A DNA stretch of 64,000 bases from Oikopleura dioica (lineage: Eukaryota; Animalia; Chordata), in contig OU015569.1 of assembly GCA_907165135.1 (NCBI GenBank), positions 12,524,001 to 12,588,000 on the forward strand. The letters are read 5' to 3'. The translations under genes and the position numbers were made by a program. Shown piece after piece: positions 54,801 through 64,000 of the stretch. Each line of letters starts with the position of its first letter. Position 1 is the stretch's first letter. Below the pieces are notes generated by a model. The model made no database searches and was not told the DNA's origin. It was given only the letters and a program-made list of their open reading frames with translations.

Positions 54801-57800
54801 GCCAGGCCCGTTTATGCAATTCAGTCTGCGACGGGGCGAAGCCGACCCGAAGGGGAGCCCAGGCCCGTTTATACAATTCAGTCTGAGACGGGGCCAAGCC
54901 GACCCGAAGGGAGACCAGGCCCGTTTATACAAAACAGCCTGAGACGGGGCCAAGCCGACCCGAAGGGAGGCCAGGCCCGTTTATACAATTCAGTCTGTGA
55001 CGGGGCGAAGCCGACCCGAAGGGGAGGCAAGGCCCGTTAATGCAATTCAGTCTGTGACGGGGCCAAGCCGATCCGAAGGGGAGGCCAGGCCCGTTTATGC
55101 AATTCAGTCTGAGTAGATGCGAAGCCGACCCGACTTGGCTACGTCGTAGACCAAATTGCATAACGGGCCTGGCCTCCCCTTCGGGTCGGCTTTGCCCCGT
55201 TTCAAACTGAATTGTATAAACGGGCCTGGCCTTCCCTTCGGGTCTGCTTGGCCCCGTCGCAGACTGAATCGTATAAACGGGCCTGGCCTATCTTCGGGTC
55301 GGCTTCGCCCCGTCGATGACTGAATTGTATAAACGGGCCTGGCCTCCCTTCGGGTCGGCTTGGCCCCGTCTCAGGCGGTTTTGTATAAACGGGCCTGGCC
55401 TTCCCTTCGGGTCGGCTTGGCCCTGTCTCAGACTGAATTGTATAAACGGGCCTGGCCTCCCTTCGGGTCGGCTTGGCCCTGTCTCAGACTGAATTGTATA
55501 AACGGGCCTGGCCTCCCCTTCGGGTGTGCTTTGCCCCGTCTCAGACTGAATTGTATAAACGGGCCTGGCCTACCCTTCGGGTCGGCTTGGCCCCGTCTCA
55601 GACTGAATTGTATTAACGGGCCTGGCCTCCCCTTCGTGTCGGCTTGGCCACGTCTCAGACTGAATTGTATAAACGGGCCTGGCCTCCCCTTCGGGTCGGC
55701 TTGGCCCTGTCTCAGGCTGTTTTGTATAAACGGGCCTGGCCTCCCTTCGGGTCGGCTTGGCCCCATCTCAGACTGAATTGTATAAACGGGCCTGGCCTTC
55801 CCTTCGGGTCGGCTTGGCCCTGTCTCAGACTGAATTGTATAAACGGCCTGGCCTCCCCTTCGGGTCGGCTTGGCCCCGTCTCAGACTGAATTGCATAAAC
55901 GGGCCTGGCCTTCCCTTCGGGTCGGCTTCGCCCCGTCTCAGACTGAATTGTATAAACGGGCCTGGCCTTCCCTTCGGGTCGGCTTGGCCCTGTCTCAGGC
56001 TGTTTTGTATAAACGGGCCTGGCCTCCCTTCGGGTCGGCTTGGCCCCATCTCAGACTGAATTGTATAAACGGGCCTGGCCTTCCCTTCGGGTCGGCTTGG
56101 CCCTGTCTCAGGCTGTTTTGTATAAACGGGCCTGGCCTCCCCTTCGGGTCGGCTTTGCCCCGTTTCAAACTGAATTGTATTAACGGGCCTGGCCTTCCCT
56201 TCGGGTCGGCTTGGCCCTGTCTCAGGCTGTTTTGTATAAACGGGCCTGGCCTCCCCTTCGGGTCGGCTTGGCCCCATCTCAGACTGAATTGTATAAACGG
56301 GCCTGGCCTTCCCTTCGGGTCGGCTTGGCCCTGTCTCAGACTGAATTGTATAAACGGGCCTGGCCTCCCCTTCGGGTCGGCTTGGCCCCGTCTCAGACTG
56401 AATTGCATAAACGGGCCTGGCCTTCCTTCGGGTCGGCTTCGCCCCGTCTCAGACTGAATTGTATAAACGGGCCTGGCCTTCCCTTCGGGTCGGCTTGGCC
56501 CTGTCTCAGGCTGTTTTGTATAAACGGGCCTGGCCTCCCCTTCGGATCGGCTTTGCCCCGTCTCAGACTGAATTGTATAAACAGGCCTGATGATTGTACG
56601 AATGTATTTAATACAAGATTCAATTTGATATACATATTGATGCTATTTGTTTATTTGTTGGCTTGAACCACCATGAACCACCATGAACCGCAAGAATAAC
56701 CAGGCGGTTGAATTTCATAACGTGTTAGAAAGACTCGCTTTTGTAAATGAATTCATTTGATAACCATATTGAACCACTTTGAGCATGTTTTTAGCTTCAA
56801 CCGGCTTGAACCGTCTGGAACCGCTATTTACCGCGAGAGTAACCGGTTGGTTCGGGCTTATTCAATGATTTTATGAATGAACTTATTACAAGTTTCAATT
56901 TGATATACATATTGCTGCTATTTTGTTCATTTCTGCGCTTGAACCACCATGAACCGCAAGAATAACCAGGCGGTTGAATTTCATAACGTGTTAGAAAGAC
57001 TCGCTATTGTAAATGAATTCATTTGATAACCATATTGAACCACTTTGAGCATGTTTTTAGCTTCAACCGGCTTGAACCGTCTGGAACCGCTATTTACCGC
57101 GAGAGTCACCGGTTGGTTCGGGCTTATTCAATGATTTTATGAATGAACTTATTACAAGTTTCAATTTGATATACATATTGCTGCTATTTTGTTCATTTCT
57201 GCGCTTGAACCACCATGAACCACCATGAACCGCAAGAATAACCAGGCGGTTGAACTTCTGAATATGTAAAAAAGATTCGCTGTTGAAAATGAATTCATTT
57301 GATATACATATTCCTACATTTTAACCTATTTCCGGGCAAGAACCGCGACGAACCGGAAGCACAACCGGCTGGTCAAAAAATACCACCCCATTTTGTTCAG
57401 TAATTAATAAGCTTCAATTTGAGCTATAAAACATCATCATAGCATGCTTATATCAGAAGTTGATAATATTGGATTTTCGTATCTGGCTGCTTGCGTCAAC
57501 TTTGGAGCTCTAGAATCATATGAAGGAAGCACTCCGCAATAATAAATTTCATATGTATCGATGCATCTTGCGCTTATCTTTCACATGGTAGGCATCAAAT
57601 TATCAAAATCCATCTAGCACGCACTCAAAAGCCGCTTCTAATAAAACTAGTGCTTTTTTTCTCGCTAAAAATTCCCCAAAAAAAGAGGTAAGATGACTCA
57701 TATCGAAAATTCTGCAAGTGCAGTTTTTCAAGGCTTGTCTTGATGCATATGTTCTGAAAGTATGGGGAGATTTTTCAAAAGAACCTTGAAAATCGAAAAA

Positions 57801-58079
57801 CACCGCGGTAAGCCTATCAATATTACACTTTCGGCAACGAAAATCAGGACTGTAGGGAATAAAACATAAAATACTGAAATAAATCCTTCATGAATCGAGT
57901 TGAAATTCTTATGAAAGCAAATGAATAGTGAATCGGTAAGTGAGTGTTTAAATTTAACGAGGCCAAATCCTGAATTGCGCTGAGCAAATTGGCTCTTCTT
58001 CAAGCAGCACTTTTCCTTCCTTGTGGTCCTCGGTGGCGATCATTCCTCGCCCCTTCTCCGGAATGTTTACGACTTCCAT
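45857..58079 (-). CDS. SMYD5: SET and MYND domain lysine methyltransferase with two very large introns (~46209-51040 and 52532-57969)
   Basis: KGRGMIA..EEEPICSAQF|SW..YSCCFHCMYPLE, GRNQQGLGTS, FMDNEGVGLYSKQAMLNHDCEPNA, GEEVCI|SYLD..R..RQEQLSVNYLFHCGCEMC, Glu-rich tail. Confidence 0.9.
48305..49560. mobile_element. hAT-like non-autonomous transposon (1256 bp) with GGGAGC/GCTCCC subterminal repeats
   Basis: TIR cagagttcgaaat / atttcgaactctg; perfect TSD tcatccct (48297-48304 and 49561-49568). Confidence 0.92.
48621..49052. mobile_element. Nested MITE (432 bp) with GGTCG/CGACC repeats
   Basis: TIR ctagggtcggcaccgaccacc / ggtggtcggtgccgaccctag; perfect TSD ttttctta (48613-48620 and 49053-49060). 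Confidence 0.92.
53060..53770 (+). repeat. ~265-275 bp tandem repeat (about 2.6 copies), left arm; mirrored at ~56600-57310
   Basis: tatcaaatgaattcattt recurs at ~53067, 53342 and 53607. Confidence 0.85.
53781..55132 (+). repeat. 57-bp satellite array, left arm (~24 units)
   Basis: Unit cccgaaggggaggccaggcccgtttatacaattcagtctgagacggggccaagccga. Confidence 0.95.
55154..56588 (-). repeat. 57-bp satellite array, right arm, inverted (~25 units)
   Basis: Reverse complement of the same unit, with a different order of variants. Confidence 0.95.
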
Positions 58080-58800
58080 CGCTCAACTTTCAATCCTTCT
58101 TAAAAAAAGTCCATCGTCAATTTAATCATAATAGAGATCTTCCTTGATTTCAACTGAAAGTTAAAAATATTAAATCAACGGATCATTTTTAACTACTTTG
58201 CAAAATTTATGCAAGCCAATTTGTTGAGCGAAATATTAATCAATAGAATACATAAGAAATGTAGTGTGGCGCCGTGTAAAATAAGAGAGAAAGGTCTTTT
58301 GAATGAATCCCGCGGGGAATCCTCAGCGCCACGATTCTTTTTCGCTCTCTTCTTTTTTTCAAAAGCAAAGAGCGAGAAAATCATTTTCGTGAAAAGAAAG
58401 ATGTCGAAAGAAACACTCAAGACCGCTATTAGGTAGGATTAAAAGCCGTGTTGAATTTGATGAAACATTATCTTATAATAAGATAGCTGCACCCTTATTT
58501 TCTCGTGTTCAAGAAAAGTTTGCACATTAACCATCATTTCTCGGTGAAAATAAGGTTGTCAGTATGTAAACTACGCGGAAATCCGCCTCTCAAGGGGGCC
58601 TTAAAGTGGAAGAGCTTCAATTTGAAAATTATCATTCTAGGCGTCGCCGAATCCGCCTCTACTCATTCTACCTAACACTCAAGTACACCCTGAAATAAAC
58701 AACGCAGCTGCTAATAAATTTTACTTTCAACACTGGTTTGGTTTTTCAAATTGAAAGAACGACAAATGAAAAGATTTCTCTTCCTTTTTTTATTAATTTT

Positions 58801-59733
58801 TCAATGGCTTTTGAACTCGTCCAGAAAGTCAAATTGAACTGGGATGCCGCTTTCCAGCAGCTTTAGCAGTTTATCAGCTGTTTTACGATTGTAGGAAGAG
58901 AGCTTTTGGACGATTTCAGGACGCCAGCTCGTTTCTTTTTTCCTCGAGCTTTCTTTCATCTTCTGACAGCGGGAATGATGTGTGTCGCTTGATCGTTGCC
59001 AGTGAATGCTCTCGCCTGTGATCATAAAGATCATGCTCGTCGCCCAGCTCTTTAGATCGTCTTTTTCTCCTTCTTGATGATTTCCTTCGGTTTGATGAAT
59101 TGTCCATTCCTTGCCGTAGTTTGAAAGTGGCCTCGTGACGTCCAGATCAGAAATTTTTACCAGCCAACCGCTAAAACCAGTGTCTAAAAACTACTTCAAT
59201 TTTAACTATTTTGATACTATAGGGCTAGAAAATGCGGGATAGACTTGTTTGAATTTACCTAAAGCAAGAATATTTCTCGGATGAATACGCCCGTGAACTT
59301 TCCCAAACACAGTATGAATGTGTTCCAGTCCATTCCAGCTGTCATAGGCAAAGTTCACATGAGTGAGGGATTTCGGAGAACTTTTGCTGAAGACGTATTC
59401 TTCCAGACTCAGCGTCATCCATTCTTATCTGAGGATTTTCATCAGAAACCGTACACAATTATTTACTGTTATTTAAAAATGTCAATCCTTTCCTTCGGCG
59501 GAAATCGCCTTTGGGAGCGAGTCATCCACTCCGAAAATCCCGACGAGATTGCAAAAGAGCGAGTCGCCAGTTGGCAATCTTCCTTCAGCATCTTTCACCG
59601 CAACGTAAAATACATCTCCATCAGCGTCGCGGAAAAGTCCTTTCGCCGGCGTTCCGAAATCCCCGTCCAAGATCATGATTTCTTTTCCGCTTTCTTCAAA
59701 TGACACGATTTCCTCTTCAGTCGGATCATCCAT
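58801..59733 (-). CDS. Divergent protein-kinase-fold protein, probably a pseudokinase
   Basis: LDGDFGTPAKG (Gly loop-like), VAVK, GLEHIH..KVHGRIHPRNIL (catalytic Asp missing), VKISDL, DDLKSWA..IFMITG. Confidence 0.65.
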
Positions 59734-59749
59734 TCTAAAAAGAAAAGAG

Positions 59750-61361
59750 TGCTGATGATTGAGTATTAAATTAAATTGCTCCAAGCTTCCAAATCCGCTT
59801 CTTGTCGTAGAAAAAAGTCTTTGTCCACAAAAAGCTGCACCCGGTATGAAGTCTTGGTCATCTGTTCTGTCGAAGCGGTCGCTTTTGAAGTCTGCGAAGG
59901 GTCGAAGATTCCTCGACTCGTAAAGTCGAATCGTTCCGCACTGGTTTGGAAAGGCGATGTAGCGGCCGCATTCGCTGGCAGTATGCTTTAGTTGCTTTTT
60001 GTTCTCGTTGAAGATCGGCGCTAGAAATGGGGTTAGTAATGATCTCCAAAGAAAAATCATCTTACCTGTGAGGATAGGAACTACTGTGCTGGAACGCAAG
60101 TCATAGGTACACAATTTAGCTTGTGGGCCGTAGAACGCAACCGTTAAATTGAAATTTTCAATGTGCATCGAACTAGCCCGGCATTGAGGAGGCATCGCTA
60201 TCGTCTGGAAGAACGGCTGGTTGCCATTCGACACGTCCCAAAGACGGATGAAACCATCGGTGAAAGCTTCGGCAACCATTTTTCCTCCACTGTGCGTCTC
60301 TCGAATCGCTGGATCTATTTTTAATGTAAACAATTGAGAAATAAAAATGGCCCTACCAGTGGTGACGGCTATGATTGTCGAATTGCAGCTTTCGAAGGGG
60401 TAGCGTGAATTCTGTGTCTGTCTCCGGATGAGTGTCGGATTGTCTCGCCTCGTCTTTTCCATGTAAAAAGGACGTTCGACGTTTTCGGCAAGAAAGGTGG
60501 TTCGGCCGGTAGTATATACTAACTTCGACTCGCTGATGAATTTTATATCGGCGTAAGAACCTCCTGAATTGAGAGAAATTAGATTAATTGAAGGCCTGTA
60601 CAACTTTTGATAAATGGAGGAAAGAGAGCGTCTTCGGAAGCCACAAGTGTTGAGTAAATGCTTTTAAATGTCTAAAAGAATGTAGCTAAATGCCATTCTC
60701 TTTGCTGTATACCTCCTCTTCTTATGTATCGCCCATCGTAGTTACCTTCGCCGCCTACATTATAAGAAACGACGCTTTCGTTCCCGTCGTCGTCGAATCT
60801 ACAAACTCCAATGAACGAAGAACTCTGCCGCACGCTATGACAAGGGGTCAACGCCATCGCAGTCATCATTCCGCCAACTTGGCCGGGAACAAAGTCAAAA
60901 TCAGCGTCGCACACTGGCTGCTCGTTCGTCACCGCGTCGTAGAAACGAAACGACTTCGTCTCATCTATGTCTGAGGTTTTGAACTTTTGAAGCGGGATGA
61001 CCCGAGCTTGACCGAATTTACTCAACGAAATGCTAAAGAAGATCTAGTTAATGGGCACGGCAACATTTAGAAAAAGCCTTATTTACCAGGTTTTGCCGCA
61101 GCGGGAGAAGGAGATCTTTTTAACATCCTGGACACTGGGTGGCAATCGCATCTCGCTCTGGACTTGGGAAAAACGAGCGATGGGATCATAGTTTCGATTT
61201 GGGCGGATTCTCTGGCTGCGGACATATTGCGGAATTGAAATTGGCTGCTCTTTAGGCAGCGGGGCAGTGTCTTGAATGGTCGGCTCTGCTCTGGGTGCGC
61301 TTCCTTTGAAATAACGCTTCTTTACTGGATCGTAGTAGAAGCCGGGTATTTCTTTTTGCAT
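59750..61361 (-). CDS. DCAF4/WDR21-like WD40 protein
   Basis: N-terminal EIPGFYYDPVKKRYFK matches the DCAF4-family motif; WD-like DGFIRLWDV, YDLR and GTIRLYESR. Stop codon not identified. Confidence 0.7.
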
Positions 61362-61875
61362 TCTGAAGAACTGCGATACTGAGACTTTTTCAACTGACAC
61401 TTGGGACTGATTTTTTTGAATATGCAATTGATGAATTTTATAGAATTAGAACTAGGAAAGAAATAAGAAGAACGAGTTTGTTGATGCTTCAGATGCAAAT
61501 ACAGTGTTCTGAAAGAACTGCAGGCACTGTAACTGTAAATCGGCTAGATGCAAATGTTGATCGAGCTGATCCATAAAATAATCCATCATTTATTTTTTGT
61601 TTTGTAAACTTTTGATGGAGCAAAATTGGCAGTAGACGGAGCCAAGAAAAAAGGGGGGTCGGGTTTTACAGAAATTAAAGTTAAAAAGTATGTACAGAGA
61701 AAAAACGGCCGAATGGAGGGGAGGGTCGTAGTTCGTTTGCGCATTGCACCTTCAATTTTCAAGGCTGAACTCGCTAGCTGCTCTCGGCGTCCGTTTTTGG
61801 CTTCTTGGGCGATGGTTTTGAGCTTTTTCGAGGATCTTTCTTTGTTGATTTTGAAATGAGATTTTTTCGTTGCAA

Positions 61876-64000
61876 TCATTTTTCATTGAAAGGTCCATTC
61901 CTGTGCTCAAGTTTTCGTTTTTTCTGCAATTGCTTAGCAGGCTTCTTCGTTTTCTTTGACTTGTCGCGGTCCTTGCATTTCTTGGAGCCACATTGGCACT
62001 ATTGAATTTAATATTAATAAAACTGATTTCAAGCTACTTTGATTTACCGTGAAGACAATCTCGAAATCGTCTTCCTTTTCTTGCTCGTCCGCGACGCCTT
62101 CCGAAGAACCGTTCTCGTTGGAAGGGTCTTCGTCTTGATTTTGGACCTCTATCTTGTAGTTGAAGGTCAGCTCTTCGCCAGGTTCAATGTCTTTGTTGGC
62201 AAAGAGGACTGGGCACGGACGGTTGATGTTACGGTCGTCTTTAATGATCTTGTACGTCGTCAGGTTCGGGTCGCAGGAATGGTTGATCAGCCGGCTGTGG
62301 TTACCCTTTCTCGAGGAGTCCACGACGTAGGCGGGAAAGTTCTTGTCGTTCTGGGTCAAGTTCATGCTGTACATGAGCCCTTTGCCCCAGATTTGATTCT
62401 CCGCGAGCTTGAAGGTGTCTTCAAGCATCAATTCTCCGACGTACTAAAAGTTGATAAGACATTGTTGAAAGAAAACAACTGTTACCTCAATCACGGCTTC
62501 TCCTTGTTTGAAGCGCTGCATCGCCTTCAATCCCCAACCCCGGTCGTTGTCCGTTTTGAAGATCGAAAACTTTGTGGTGTTGACGTTAGCTCGGAGTTTG
62601 GACAACTGGTCCATCTTGCACGTTCCGTTTTTGCGGCAGACGCAGTTGTCAGTGCACTCGAAGATGAGGTAGCTCTCTGGATGGACGACTTTCCAGTATT
62701 CGTGTCCATCGCCTTCTTCTGCAGTCACGTGCCGGTAATGTTTGTACTTTTTCCAGCTGGCTTTATGAATGCCGAGGTCGTTTTGCTGGTAGAACTTGAC
62801 CGTGCATTCGCCACATTCTTCCTTGCAGAAATGCCCCATGGCTTCGGCAATTTCAAGCTGTTCTTCTAGCTCTTTTGCATACTCCGTTAGCTGCGACTTG
62901 TCTCCGATGAATGTGTTTTGCTTTATGAAATCGAAAGAAAAGGGACTCTTCGAAATGTCCAACTCATTCTCTATGATCAGATTCTCTCCTAATGGGTTTT
63001 CAGCGAGTATTTCTTTCATCTTTTCGCGCTTTTCTTTGACGTAGTCGACCAAGATCATGTTCGAGTATTCTGGCGGAATTTCGTAGTTGGATCGACGAAC
63101 GATGGGCATTTTCTTGTGCGGGATGATCTTCTTTGCTGCTTCCCAAAATTGGTTTATCTGCCGGCCAAACTCGTACCGATGCGTAGAAATGTCGATTGGA
63201 CGAACCCACGTGCTTCCAAGTTCTGGAATTCCACACCATTTGACCAAGTACAAGTCCTGTCTATGCTTTCGTTTGTAGTCCAGGATGTACTCGATCTTTC
63301 GTTTCGCGTAATTCAAGTGGCGCTTTTCCCATTTGAACTAAATTTTTCTTGATTAAATTCTTTATGAAAAGAAGTGTTATCTTACCAGGTCTCGGTAGTG
63401 GTCGATGCGAACGATTTCGGCAGCAGTTGCGTTGGGCATCATCTTTTCCGTCGGGTAGAATTCGCCTTCGTATTCAACAGGCGTTGAGGACGGTGAACCA
63501 TCCTCGTTGAGGGCGGCTTCGACATCTTCTGGTCCTCTTGGTCGATAGAACCAGGGCTTTTCGTCTTCGCTTTCCGTCCATGGATACTTCTTCTTCAGCA
63601 GTCGAGCGCGGCTTTCATGATTATTCCTGAACCAAATCATAAGCAAAGAAATGTCGTGAAAAGTAGTTACTTACACGGAGTTTTCGAACGAGTCAGCGAC
63701 TTCCCCCAGAAACGCTATTGAAGTTAGTCTGGGGAATCGGCACTTCTTGAGTTTATATTTTCCGACGTCGTCGGAGGAAATCTTCAAGAGGACGCCGTCT
63801 CCCTCCTTCAATTTGTCCAGTTTGCTGGGCCTCCCTCTAGACCGTTTTCGCTTCTTCTTGGGAACGGCGGGGAGGCTTCTGGCGAGAGATCGACAGTTTC
63901 TTTCACACGGAGGACTGGGTTCGATACGCTTCTTTCTCGCTGCGATCGTGGACGCTTTATTGGGGACACCTCGGTTGTGGAGTCCAGCGAGCCCGAAGAT
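61876..64000 (-). CDS. SUV39H-family histone H3K9 methyltransferase (chromo, pre-SET, SET, post-SET) with N-terminal extension; 5' end beyond the window
   Basis: Chromo IEYILD..YLVKWCG..STW; SET RGWGLKA..EYVGEL, GNHSRLINHSCDPN, LFANKDIEPGEELTFNY; post-SET CQCGSKKC. Confidence 0.85.

Larger units (their letters stand above)
52559..57816. mobile_element. Giant foldback element (5258 bp), ~2.6-kb inverted arms, non-coding
   Basis: Ends taggcttaccgcggtgtttt / aaaacaccgcggtaagccta; perfect TSD tcaatatt (52551-52558 and 57817-57824); arms mirror each other up to a centre near 55144. Confidence 0.93.

Noticed and set aside
53781-56588. CRISPR-like array or protein-coding repeats (ORFs 53703-56666)
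   Set aside because: Units are contiguous with no unique spacers, there are no cas genes and the context is eukaryotic. The ORFs arise because 57 is divisible by 3 and they shift frame at 56-bp units.
56585-56610. Hammerhead ribozyme core (ctgatga ... gaa) at the array edge
   Set aside because: It is followed by gaat rather than gaaa and no convincing stems are present.
52559-57816. Palindrome as a pure fold-back sequencing artefact
   Set aside because: A TSD on both sides, non-mirrored satellite variants, mismatches near the termini and SMYD5 continuing collinearly across the element argue that it is real, though reads should confirm.

Overview
Compact eukaryotic (animal) DNA, most likely the larvacean tunicate Oikopleura or a close relative. 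This is inferred from very short introns, frequent non-canonical GA-AG/GC-AG/GG-AG introns, tightly packed co-oriented genes with AG acceptors just before ATG, and a VWD/C8/TIL secreted protein gene. Plus strand: a large CTL-VWD-C8-TIL mucin/oikosin-like gene, a harmonin/whirlin-like PDZ gene, a coiled-coil gene whose 3' half is duplicated in inverted orientation, and a 2xBIR+RING IAP. From ~64 kb to ~29.9 kb a long minus-strand run contains SUV39H-like, DCAF4-like, a pseudokinase, SMYD5, NAMPT, a short lamin-like CaaX protein, ANAPC11, a membrane protein, CLPP, TMEM45 (two alternative N-terminal halves) and QPCT/QPCTL. Introns and spacers are full of palindromic non-autonomous DNA transposons, many with 8-bp target-site duplications (TSDs). 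Highlights: (1) a 5.26-kb almost entirely palindromic foldback element with a perfect 8-bp TSD and two opposed 57-bp satellite arrays with cUUCGg hairpins, inside a GA-AG intron of SMYD5; (2) an intron that appears to have been created by a MITE whose TSD supplied both splice sites; (3) a ~160-aa 'mini-lamin' ending in CSIM. Several single-base homopolymer frameshifts suggest long-read consensus errors. Gene models were read by eye and exon boundaries are approximate unless stated.
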